Positions 26,908-35,314 of a stretch of DNA of 47,919 bases are shown here, in pieces. The stretch is from an uncultured Eubacteriales bacterium (lineage in GTDB: Bacteria; Bacillota; Clostridia; Christensenellales; Aristaeellaceae), in contig ONVN01000157.1 of assembly GCA_900321295.1 (NCBI GenBank), positions 1 through 47,919 of the forward strand, written 5' to 3'. A model generated the notes under the pieces. It saw nothing but the letters and a program-made list of their open reading frames with translations. It had not been told where the DNA came from and made no database searches. The position numbers and the translations under genes are program-made. Positions within the stretch are counted from its first letter, which is position 1. Every line of letters starts with the position of its first letter.

Positions 26908-28118
26908 GGGCAGGTCTCCTTTCCGGGACAGGGGATGCCCGGAATGCCGTCCATGTTGTCCAGAACAAACTGTACAAAAACACGGACGCCGGTGGACAGG
27001 GCATCTTCATCAACATCCCAGTCCCGTGTATGAGCCGGATGGCAGGCACCCTTCGCTTCATTGCGCATGCCCAGGCCGAAGAGCAGGCCGGGCTTTTCTT
27101 TTTCATAATACGCGAAATCCTCTGCGCCGGGAGACGTCGGGAGTTCAATGACGCGGTCCTCTCCGACGACAGCGCGTGCGGAAGGCACAAAGGCGGCGTA
27201 AAGCCGGGGATCATTGTGTGCGGCAGGCAGGGGATCCCCGCTCCAGGTGAGTTCCCAGGTGGTGCGGCTTTCCTCGGCAATACTGCGGACCAGACCTTCC
27301 AGACGCTTTCTCGCCCAGGCCATGGTCGCATCCTTCCGGCAGCGGATGGTGCCTTCCATGACGCAGGTGTCTGCATTGGTGGACACCGTGTTTCCGGCAT
27401 GCATGCTGCACACGCCCATGACACAGGCGTCAAAGGGATCCACCTCACGGCTCAGGACCATCTGGATATCGTTGTAAATCTTGACGCCGGCGGCGAGGGC
27501 GTCAATCCCCATGTGCGGCGTGGCGGCATGCACGGACTTTCCGCTCAGGGTGATTTTGAAGGCCACGGAGGAACAGTTGGTGCAGCCGGCATTGGTGGAA
27601 ATGACATGGGTGGGGTCCACGCAGTTGACGTGGCACATGGCAATGCAGTCAATGTCCTTCATGATGCCGTTTTCGCAGAGCGTGCGGGCACCGGAGGGCC
27701 GGCCTTCCTCGCAGGGCTGGAAAATCAGTTTCACGCGGCAGCGGATCCGGTCACGGACAGCCCAGAGCGCTTTGGCCGTGCCGATCATCATGGCGGTGTG
27801 CGCGTCATGGCCGCAGGCATGCATGACGCCGGGATTCCGGGAGCGGTAGGGCTTGTCCTGGTTGTTTTCCTCAATGGGCAGGGCGTCCATATCGGCGCGA
27901 AGGCCTATGGTGAAGGAGGTGATTCCGGGGTTTATGGTGACAACTACGGAATTCCGGCCGTAGACGTCCGCCTCATAGGGAATCCCTTCCTTGTCCAGTT
28001 CCCGGCGGACGAGGGCGGACGTCCGGTCCAGGTCCCAGCGCAGTTCCGGATACATATGGAGTTCCCGCCGCAGTGCCACCAGTTCTTCCTGGGAAACCGG
28101 GTAATCCAGAGAAACCAT
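26904..28118 (-). CDS. M20 family amidohydrolase (N-acyl-amino-acid/hippurate hydrolase type)
   Basis: LRRELHMYPEL, GLRADMDALP, MHACGHDAH and FQPCEEG identify the M20D subfamily. Start set at ATG 28118 (codon 50 of ORF 26904..28265) after GGGAGG. Confidence 0.92.
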   Translation of the reverse strand: MVSLDYPVSQEELVALRRELHMYPELRWDLDRTSALVRRELDKEGIPYEADVYGRNSVVVTINPGITSFTIGLRADMDALPIEENNQDKPYRSRNPGVMHACGHDAHTAMMIGTAKALWAVRDRIRCRVKLIFQPCEEGRPSGARTLCENGIMKDIDCIAMCHVNCVDPTHVISTNAGCTNCSSVAFKITLSGKSVHAATPHMGIDALAAGVKIYNDIQMVLSREVDPFDACVMGVCSMHAGNTVSTNADTCVMEGTIRCRKDATMAWARKRLEGLVRSIAEESRTTWELTWSGDPLPAAHNDPRLYAAFVPSARAVVGEDRVIELPTSPGAEDFAYYEKEKPGLLFGLGMRNEAKGACHPAHTRDWDVDEDALSTGVRVFVQFVLDNMDGIPGIPCPGKETCP

Positions 28119-28283
28119 GAAGCAAAACCTCCCTGTATACGTTGTTCTTTTGGCCGAAGTGTAGCACACACGGGGAGGAACCGCAATATGAAATGGGAGG
28201 CGGGGTTGAAGAGAAAAAAAGAGAATGATACAATCACCATATCGGAAAACGGGTTCGGTGCGCATACCGCAGAGGGAGGCAGC

Positions 28284-29237
28284 ATGAGGGAACTGTATAT
28301 TGGCCTGGATGGCGGCGGAACAAGGACGAGCGCGGCAGCCGTCCGCCGGGACGGCTCACCGGCCGGGAAAACGCAGGGCGGGGGCCTGAATTATCTGCAG
28401 GACGGGCTCGCCGTCTGCCTTGACCGCTTTGAATCCATGACACGGGAACTGATCGGGAAAACGCCGCCGGAACAGATCCTGGTGACGGCAGGGCTTGCCG
28501 CCCTAGACGGACCGGCGGAAGAAGAGGTGCTCCGGGCGTTCCGGGAAAGACTTCCGGAGGGCTGCGGCCTCGAGCTGCAGAGCGATGCCCATATCGCGCT
28601 GATGGGGCATACCGCAGGAGGCCCCGGCATGATGGTGATCTGCGGAACAGGATCCATGCTCATGGCCATGGATGCCGAAGGGAAGGAACATGTGCTGGGC
28701 GGCTGGGGCTGGAAGATGGGAGATGCCGGAAGCGGGTATACGCTGGCCAGAAATGCCCTGGCTCAGGCGGCAGAGACCTTTGACCTGACAGGAAACCAGA
28801 ATGCGGTCCTGCAGGAGGCCCTGACGTTCTTTTCGGCGGAAACGCCCCGCGGCCTGATCCCGAAGCTGTATGATCCCGGGATGGGAACGGAAAAAACCGC
28901 GGCGTTCGGAGCTGTGGTGCTGAGGCTGGCCGAGGCCGGGGACACCGATGCACGGAGCATCACGGAGCAGGAGATGGAACGGCTGGCAGCGCTTGCGGAA
29001 GCGCTGAAGCGCGAGGTTCCGGAGGCAGCGGTCTGCGCGATGTACGGCGGCGTATTCGGACACAGTGCGCTGGCAAGGCAGCTGTTTGCAGAGAACCTGG
29101 GAAGACGGTGCCCGGATGTACAGGTGACACAGCCCAGACACCGGCCGGAGATCGGAGCGGTGGTGTGCGGCATGCTCCGGGATGGTCTGACCGCAGCGGA
29201 GATTGCATGCAGACTGGAAAGAGGGAAGGAACAATGA
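28284..29237 (+). CDS. BadF/BadG/BcrA/BcrD-type ATPase (N-acetylglucosamine/MurNAc kinase-like)
   Basis: LYIGLDGGGTRT, VICGTGSM and GGWGWKMGDAGSGY. It is the 3' third of the artefactual 827-aa ORF 26754..29237. ATG 28284 follows GAGGGAGG. Confidence 0.85.
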   Translation: MRELYIGLDGGGTRTSAAAVRRDGSPAGKTQGGGLNYLQDGLAVCLDRFESMTRELIGKTPPEQILVTAGLAALDGPAEEEVLRAFRERLPEGCGLELQSDAHIALMGHTAGGPGMMVICGTGSMLMAMDAEGKEHVLGGWGWKMGDAGSGYTLARNALAQAAETFDLTGNQNAVLQEALTFFSAETPRGLIPKLYDPGMGTEKTAAFGAVVLRLAEAGDTDARSITEQEMERLAALAEALKREVPEAAVCAMYGGVFGHSALARQLFAENLGRRCPDVQVTQPRHRPEIGAVVCGMLRDGLTAAEIACRLERGKEQ

Positions 29238-29971
29238 CAGCGATTGAACAGTACAGGAAAAACCTGCAGGAGACACTGGACCGGGCGTTTGACACGCAGG
29301 CCGACAAGCTGGAGCAGGCGGCCCGGATGATTCTGGATACCCTGAAGGCAGGAAAACTGGTATATACCTTCGGAACAGGCCACGGACACCTGCTGGCGCT
29401 TGAAATCTTCTACCGCGCCGGCGGGATGGCGGCCGTGTGCCCCGTTCTGGATGAAAAGCTGATGCTGCATATCAGCGCAGCAGGCAGTACCCGGGAAGAA
29501 CGGAAGGAAGAATGGGTGGAGAAACTGCTCCGGCGCTATCCCATGGGGGAAGGCGATACCCTTCTGATCTTCTCCAATTCCGGGCGGAACGCCGTCCCGG
29601 TGGGCCTTGCCGAGGAAGCCAAAAAACGAGGAACCCGGGTGATTGCCCTGACCAGCCTCCGGCATTCCTCTTCCGTCACAAGCCGTTCGCCGCGCGGGCT
29701 GCGGCTCTTTGAAACGGCGGACCTGGTGCTGGACAACTGCGGCATTCCCGGGGACGCGATTGTGGCATTCCCGGACGGACGCCGGGTGGGTCCGACAAGC
29801 ACGGCGGTCGGCGCTGCACTTCTGCAGGCCGTTGTCTGCCGGGTGAAGGAGCTGTCCATGGAGGAAGGCGTTGACGCCAGGTTCTTTGTGAGCAGCAATG
29901 TGGACGGCGGAGACGCGGTGAACGATCTGCTGGTGGAGGAATACGGGGACAGGGTTCCCGGTTTGAGATAG
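29234..29971 (+). CDS. SIS (sugar isomerase) domain protein, UPF0309-like
   Basis: VYTFGTGHGHLLALE, LLIFSNSGRNAVPV and RVIALTS. The ATGA overlap with the upstream kinase gene suggests coupling. Confidence 0.85.
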   Translation: MTAIEQYRKNLQETLDRAFDTQADKLEQAARMILDTLKAGKLVYTFGTGHGHLLALEIFYRAGGMAAVCPVLDEKLMLHISAAGSTREERKEEWVEKLLRRYPMGEGDTLLIFSNSGRNAVPVGLAEEAKKRGTRVIALTSLRHSSSVTSRSPRGLRLFETADLVLDNCGIPGDAIVAFPDGRRVGPTSTAVGAALLQAVVCRVKELSMEEGVDARFFVSSNVDGGDAVNDLLVEEYGDRVPGLR

Positions 29972-29987
29972 AAAGAAGGAAAAGAAC

Positions 29988-31208
29988 ATGCGTGCCGGAT
30001 TTGGAATTGCGGAGATTACACCGCCTGTGGGCACGGAACTGGCTGGGTTCGGCTATTATCTTGAGCGCAGGATGGAGGGCATCCGGGACCCGCTGCATGC
30101 AAGGGCAGCGGTGCTGGAGGAGGGCGAAGTCCGGCAGTTGATTGTATCCTGTGAACTGCTGGGGCTTTCCCAGGACGTGGCGGATGCGGTGATCCGGCAT
30201 GGCAGGGCCTGCGGGTGCACGGATGCGATGATCGTCAGCGTGCACACGCATACGGGGCCTGCCATCAAGTACCATGAGGGCTGCGGCGAAGTCAGCCCGG
30301 CTTATGTTTCCGGGCTTGCCGGAAAGATTCAGCAGGCGGTGGATGCAGCGCTGGCGGACCGCAGGGAGGTGACCGGCCTGGCATTCGGCCGGGCCGAGGT
30401 TCGGGGCGACTGGATTTATAACCGGGCGGACCCCGAGGGACCGGTCGACCGGGATGTCCGGGGATTTGTCCTGGAACGGGCGGGAGGAAGAAAGCTGGCC
30501 CTAATGGGGGCAGCCTGTCACGGCGTTTTTCTGGGAAGGACGCATCAGGCCAGCGCGGATTTTTCCGGGGAGATCATCCGGAATCTGGAAGACATGGACA
30601 CGGTCTATCTCAACGGACTGTGCGGCGATATTGATCCTCTGTATACCGGAGAAGAGCGGATGTGCGCCTTCGGAAAACAGGCGGCGGACACCTTCAGGAC
30701 CAGCCTGCATCCGGTGCCTGTCTCCCTGCAGGCCGGAAGACTGCCTTTCAGCATTCATCTGACCCGGGTGCGCCGGGAGGATATCCTGAGGGCCGCGGAG
30801 GAGGCAGAACGCAGGGCAGGGGGCCGCGATGAGCCTGCAGCCCGCGTCGCCCGTACCTGGGAAAAGGAAATGCTGGAAAAGGTGGACCGCCTTCCGGAGG
30901 AAGAACCGGGAACTGCAGCCTGTATGGTCCTCGGCGGGATCCCCGTGCTGGCACTTCCCTTTGAAGGATTTACAGCCATCGGCCTGCGGATCCGAGAAGG
31001 CATCGGGCAGCCGGATGCCATGGTGCTGGGCTGTGCGGAGGAGCTCCGGGGGTATCTGCCGACACGGGATGATATCGCCAGAGGCTCGTATGCAGCCCTG
31101 GAAAGCACCTTCCTCTACAAGCGGCTTCCGGCGGTACCGGGGGAAGCAGAACGTCTGGCGGAGCAGCTGATAGAGGCGTATCAGACGGAGACAGCAGGGG
31201 GGAAGTGA
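29988..31208 (+). CDS. neutral/alkaline ceramidase N-terminal-domain-like hydrolase
   Basis: MRAGFGIAEITPPVGTELAGFGYY...IRDPLHARAAVL...VSVHTHTGP matches the N-terminal pattern of this family. Confidence 0.7.
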   Translation: MRAGFGIAEITPPVGTELAGFGYYLERRMEGIRDPLHARAAVLEEGEVRQLIVSCELLGLSQDVADAVIRHGRACGCTDAMIVSVHTHTGPAIKYHEGCGEVSPAYVSGLAGKIQQAVDAALADRREVTGLAFGRAEVRGDWIYNRADPEGPVDRDVRGFVLERAGGRKLALMGAACHGVFLGRTHQASADFSGEIIRNLEDMDTVYLNGLCGDIDPLYTGEERMCAFGKQAADTFRTSLHPVPVSLQAGRLPFSIHLTRVRREDILRAAEEAERRAGGRDEPAARVARTWEKEMLEKVDRLPEEEPGTAACMVLGGIPVLALPFEGFTAIGLRIREGIGQPDAMVLGCAEELRGYLPTRDDIARGSYAALESTFLYKRLPAVPGEAERLAEQLIEAYQTETAGGK

Positions 31209-31237
31209 TGTTTCGCGCATCCTGTCTGCAGCATAAG

Positions 31238-31264
31238 AAAAACACGGTCCCGGACCGTGTTTTT
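31238..31264. terminator. bidirectional hairpin terminator between convergent genes
   Basis: aaaaacacggtcc (31238-31250) pairs with ggaccgtgttttt (31252-31264). It is near-palindromic, with an A-run and a T-run on either side. Confidence 0.8.
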
Positions 31265-31280
31265 CCATGCCCTGAAGCGA

Positions 31281-32252
31281 TCAGGGATCGGTTGTTTTCA
31301 GGGAGGCTTCCTGTTTTTCCATTTTGGCTTTGTAATCGTCCATGACACGGTAAAGATCCATTTCAAAATCCTGACGGTTCTTCTGATAGATGGTCTTCAG
31401 AATCTGCCCCGAGAAGAAGGACTGCAGGGCACCGATGATGGTAAAGCCGCAGACGATGAGGGTCGGGAACCGTTCCACCAGGCCCGTTTTCCGGTACTCG
31501 ATCAGAACCGGGATCAGGAACGCCAGCGCAAGCAGCAGAAGCACCAGCGCAAAAAGGCCGAAGAACGCACCGGGGCGGTAAGTACGGAAAAGCCGCTTGA
31601 TGGTCAGCAGTACCTTGAAACCGTCCGAGTAGGTGTTCAGCTTGGACTTGCTGCCCTCGGGACGGTCACGGTAATCAATGACCACATTCTGGATATGCAG
31701 ATTCTTGTCCACGGCATGAATGCTCATTTCCGTCTCAATCTCAAAGCCTTTTGAAAGGACCGGGAAGGTTTTGACGAAACGGTAGCTGAACGCCCGGTAG
31801 CCGGTCATAATGTCCTTGATATCATTCTTGAAGAGAACATTGATCGCCTTGCGGACCATGGTGTTGCCCAGATTGTGGAAGGGACGCTTGTTTTCGGAAA
31901 AATAGGTGGAGGACAGGCGGTCTCCGACCACCATGTCCGCTCCGCCGGTCAGAACCTTGTCCACAAGTTCGCCTGCGCAGTCGGCAGGATAGGTGTCATC
32001 TCCGTCGGCCATGACATAGCATTGTGCATCCACTTCCGCAAACATCCGGCGGATGACATTGCCTTTGCCCTGCTGGTGCTCATAGCGTACAACGGCCCCG
32101 GCTTTTTCTGCGATTTCGGCTGTTCCGTCGGTGGAATTGTTGTCATACACATAGACAACCGCTTCCGGAAGCACCCGGCGGAAATCGGAGACGACTTTAT
32201 GAATCGTTAAAGCTTCGTTATAACAGGGGATCAGAACTGCAATTTTATCCAT
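31281..32252 (-). CDS. GT2 polyprenyl-phosphate glycosyltransferase (GtrB/ArnC/DPM1-like)
   Basis: IAVLIPCYNEALTI, VYDNNSTDGT, MADGDDTY and DIMTGYRAF, plus two C-terminal TM helices, give the typical GtrB-like architecture. Confidence 0.9.
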   Translation of the reverse strand: MDKIAVLIPCYNEALTIHKVVSDFRRVLPEAVVYVYDNNSTDGTAEIAEKAGAVVRYEHQQGKGNVIRRMFAEVDAQCYVMADGDDTYPADCAGELVDKVLTGGADMVVGDRLSSTYFSENKRPFHNLGNTMVRKAINVLFKNDIKDIMTGYRAFSYRFVKTFPVLSKGFEIETEMSIHAVDKNLHIQNVVIDYRDRPEGSKSKLNTYSDGFKVLLTIKRLFRTYRPGAFFGLFALVLLLLALAFLIPVLIEYRKTGLVERFPTLIVCGFTIIGALQSFFSGQILKTIYQKNRQDFEMDLYRVMDDYKAKMEKQEASLKTTDP

Positions 32253-32420
32253 TTTCTGATTGAACCTCTCAGCTGTTTCTGTACAGGCGGCTGTTTTCCT
32301 GACGCAGGAACCCAGCCTGTCTTAAGCCATTCTGCAGGGCGGAAGCATCCGGGCGGTCAAAACCGGAGGACAGCTTCCGAGACGGGCATCCTGCAGCTGA
32401 AGTCCTGCTTGTATGCACTG

Positions 32421-32449
32421 ATTGTACAGCAAAAGCCGGCATCTGTCAC
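32421..32449 (-). promoter_or_regulatory. candidate promoter GTGACA-17-TACAAT for the GtrB-like gene
   Basis: On the minus strand, GTGACA at 32449..32444 and TACAAT at 32426..32421. This leaves a ~165-nt leader. Confidence 0.45.
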
Positions 32450-32469
32450 CTGTTCCGGCAAAAGCCGGA

Positions 32470-32508
32470 CAAAAAGAGAAAGCCGCCTCCCGATCCTGGA
32501 AGGCGGCC
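32470..32508 (-). terminator. rho-independent terminator of the T-box/ABC operon
   Basis: The minus strand reads gccgcct-tccaggatcggg-aggcggc followed by tttctcttttt, 24 nt after the ATPase stop. Confidence 0.7.
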
Positions 32509-32531
32509 CGATGCATTCGGAGCCAGGGATT

Positions 32532-33326
32532 CTACCCGAGCATCATCCGGTCATTGTCAAAGGCCCGGTGCTTGCTGCCGGCGTACAGCTTCAGGAGATC
32601 CTCCACGGAAGTGCCGGCGCGCTCTTCTCCGGAGAGATCCAGCAGGATCTTTCCCTCATCGAGCATGAGGGTCCGTGTGCCGGTGGACAGTGCGGAGGCC
32701 ATATTGTGGGTGATCATAAGGGTCGTCAGGTGATAGGTGTCCACCGTCTTCCTGGTGATCTCCATGACCTTGTCGGCTGTGGCAGGGTCCAGTGCGGCGG
32801 TATGCTCGTCGAGGAGGAGCAGTTTGGGCGGGACAATGGTGCACATGAGCAGGGTGACGGCCTGCCGCTGGCCACCGGAGAGCAGGCCGACTTTGGTTTT
32901 CATGCGGTCCTCAAGGCCCATCCCGAACTCGGCAAGACGCTCCCGGAAGAGGGTCCGCTGCTTTCGGGAGGGGGCAAAGCTGAGCGGTTTCGCGGTCTGG
33001 CGCGAATAGGCGAGGGAGAGGTTTTCCTCAATGGTCATATTCGGGGCCGTCCCCTTCATGGGGTCCTGGAACACCCGGCCGATCATGACGGAGCGTTTGT
33101 GCTCCGGCATATAGGTGATGTCGGTCCCGTCGAGCACAATCCGCCCGCCGTCAAGCAGAAAGGTCCCGCAGATGGCATTGAACAGGGTGGTTTTTCCGGC
33201 ACCGTTGGAACCGAGGATGGTGACGAACTCCCCGCGGCTGACGTTCAGGGACAGGCGGTTCAGGGCAATATGTTCGATGGCGGTCCCCTTTTCGAACACT
33301 TTCAGGGCATTGCGGATCTCAATCAT
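32532..33326 (-). CDS. ABC transporter ATP-binding protein (COG1101 type)
   Basis: Walker A GSNGAGKTT, signature LSGGQRQA and Walker B LLLLDEHTAALD. Start set at ATG 33326 after AGAAGGTG. It overlaps the permease stop by 8 nt. Confidence 0.92.
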   Translation of the reverse strand: MIEIRNALKVFEKGTAIEHIALNRLSLNVSRGEFVTILGSNGAGKTTLFNAICGTFLLDGGRIVLDGTDITYMPEHKRSVMIGRVFQDPMKGTAPNMTIEENLSLAYSRQTAKPLSFAPSRKQRTLFRERLAEFGMGLEDRMKTKVGLLSGGQRQAVTLLMCTIVPPKLLLLDEHTAALDPATADKVMEITRKTVDTYHLTTLMITHNMASALSTGTRTLMLDEGKILLDLSGEERAGTSVEDLLKLYAGSKHRAFDNDRMMLG

Positions 33327-34212
33327 TCGCGGCACCTTCTTTCTTCTGGCGTGCCGTGGCAAAGTTCCTCTTCACGGCGGGCATGGCCAGGGTGATGCCG
33401 ACAATGACGGCGGAGACCAGACGCAGCATATAGGCGTCCAGGGGAGAGTACCGTGTGGCCAGGGCGATGATGTAGCGGTAGACAAGGGAACCCACAATGG
33501 CGGAGATGAAGCCCAGGGTGATGCCGCGCTTCCCGAAGATGGCTTCGCCGATAATGACGGAGGCAAGGCCGACCACCAGAATGCCGGTGGAGGAGGAAAT
33601 ATCCGCGTATCCCTGGTACTGGGCAATCAGCGCTCCGGAAAGGGCAATCAGACTGTTGGAAACACAGAAGGCAAGGATCTTGCATCCGTCCACATTGATG
33701 GAGGAGGCGCGTACCATCTCCTCATTGTCGCCCACGGCCCGGATGCACATGCCCAGATGGGTGTGGAAGAAGAGGATAATCAGGGTGGTGCACACCAGCA
33801 CGGCAGCGATCGGCAGCGCGGTCATGGCATCATTCTTGGTGAGGAAAGGGAGGATCTTGAACACCGTCGGTGTACGCACCAGGGAGAGGTTCGGTGACCC
33901 GCCCAGGACCATCAGGTTGACGGAATAAAGGCCGCTCATGGTGATAATCCCCGAGAGGATCGGGTGAATGCGGTATCGCGTCTGGAGAATGCCGGTAACC
34001 GCCCCGGCACAGGCCCCGGCTGCGATGGCAGCGGGGAGAGCCAGGACGGGATGCCCGGCGGAAGTGACCGCAGCGGACACGGAAAGACCGAAGGCGAAGC
34101 TTCCTTCTGTGGTCAGGTCCGGGATGGACAGAATCCGGAAGCTGATATAGATGCCCAGGGCGAGAATACCGTAGAGAAGGCCGAGCTGCAGGGAGCCGAT
34201 GAACAGTTTCAT
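33319..34212 (-). CDS. ABC transporter permease (COG4120 type)
   Basis: The 297-aa polytopic protein begins MKLFIGSLQLGLLYGILALGIYISFRIL..PDLTTEGSF, typical of this family. Confidence 0.88.
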   Translation of the reverse strand: MKLFIGSLQLGLLYGILALGIYISFRILSIPDLTTEGSFAFGLSVSAAVTSAGHPVLALPAAIAAGACAGAVTGILQTRYRIHPILSGIITMSGLYSVNLMVLGGSPNLSLVRTPTVFKILPFLTKNDAMTALPIAAVLVCTTLIILFFHTHLGMCIRAVGDNEEMVRASSINVDGCKILAFCVSNSLIALSGALIAQYQGYADISSSTGILVVGLASVIIGEAIFGKRGITLGFISAIVGSLVYRYIIALATRYSPLDAYMLRLVSAVIVGITLAMPAVKRNFATARQKKEGAAND

Positions 34213-34288
34213 AGATCAATTGCCTGCCTTTGTCAGATCTTGAAATCCGGGCAGCGGACGGGACGTCCTGTCCCGTCCGCCGGGAGCA

Positions 34289-35272
34289 TTACTTTGAAGT
34301 GAGGTACTGGATGTCGCCGAGGGAGGCCAGGGAGTCGGGTACTTCCAGACCCAGGGCAGCCAGGGTGTCGCTGTTGATGGAGACAATGTTGGCCGGAACG
34401 ACCTCACAGGGAATCTCGGAGACGGGGGTGCCGGAGAGCACCTGGGCTGCAATCTTTGCGGTTTCCTTGCCGATGAAAATGTCGCTCATGGCCAGTGTGG
34501 CCAGACAGCCGGACTGTACGGTTGTGGCCGAGCAGCAGTAGGTGGGAACGCCGGCTTCCAGGCAGAGTTCGGCGAGAATATCCACGGCGGCCTGCACGAC
34601 GGAATCATTGGCGACAAACAGGACGTCGGCACCCTGGTCGAGGACGGCCTGCGTGGCGGTCTGGACCTCACCGGAATTGGCAACGGTTTTTTCCACATAG
34701 GCATAGCCGTTGGCGTCCAGGAACGCCTTGGCGGTGTTCATGGCATTGACGGCATTGACTTCGCTGGTGGCATAGACCAGACCGAAGGTTTTGACATCCG
34801 GGGTGATCTGCAGGCCCATCTGGATGATGTCACCGGAAGGAATGGCATTGCTGGTGCCGGTGGCGTTCATGTCGGGGGTGTCCAGGGCACTCATGACGCC
34901 GGCTGCGACGGGGGCGGCAACGGAGCAGAAAACATTGGGTGTTTCGCTCTCCTGGCCGACAAAGGCCTGGGTGGGCGGCGTGGCAATGGTGAAGACGATG
35001 TCATAGGTGCCGTCGTCCATGTTCTGGCAGATGGTCTGCAGGTTGGTGGCATCCCCCTGCGCGCACTGGTAATCAATGGTCAGGTTGGAGCCCTCGGCGT
35101 AGCCCAGCTCGGCCAGGCCTTCAATAATACCGGTCTTCATGTCCAGGAAAGCGCCGTTTTCAATCAGCAGGATAATACCGACCTTATACTGTCCGTCGTC
35201 AGCGAAGGCAAAACCGGCGGAGCTGAGAAGAAGGGACAGGGTGAGCAGAACAGCAAGCATCTTTTTCATCAT
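34289..35272 (-). CDS. ABC transporter substrate-binding protein (ABC_sub_bind / COG2984 type)
   Basis: Signal peptide MMKKMLAVLLTLSLLLSSAGFAFA|DD, then YKVGIILLIENGAFLDMKTGIIEGL. ATG 35272 lies 6 nt after AAGGAG. Confidence 0.88.
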   Translation of the reverse strand: MMKKMLAVLLTLSLLLSSAGFAFADDGQYKVGIILLIENGAFLDMKTGIIEGLAELGYAEGSNLTIDYQCAQGDATNLQTICQNMDDGTYDIVFTIATPPTQAFVGQESETPNVFCSVAAPVAAGVMSALDTPDMNATGTSNAIPSGDIIQMGLQITPDVKTFGLVYATSEVNAVNAMNTAKAFLDANGYAYVEKTVANSGEVQTATQAVLDQGADVLFVANDSVVQAAVDILAELCLEAGVPTYCCSATTVQSGCLATLAMSDIFIGKETAKIAAQVLSGTPVSEIPCEVVPANIVSINSDTLAALGLEVPDSLASLGDIQYLTSK

Positions 35273-35314
35273 GGTAATCTCCTTTTCTGTATATTTTCTC
35301 ATGTTTTTTTTCTG

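Noticed and set aside
26754-29237. 827-aa + strand ORF, the longest in this part of the window
   Set aside because: Its first ~510 codons are antisense to the M20 amidohydrolase and C39-like genes. Only the last 317 codons (from ATG 28284 with GAGGGAGG) form the BadF-type kinase.
28763-30034. 423-aa minus-strand ORF, plus similar long antisense ORFs at 32409..33395 (+), 36679..37872 (-) and 45613..46887 (+)
   Set aside because: All lie opposite genes with unambiguous family motifs (kinase/SIS, ABC ATPase, HAD, MATE). They show the R/P/G/H-rich composition typical of GC-rich antisense frames.
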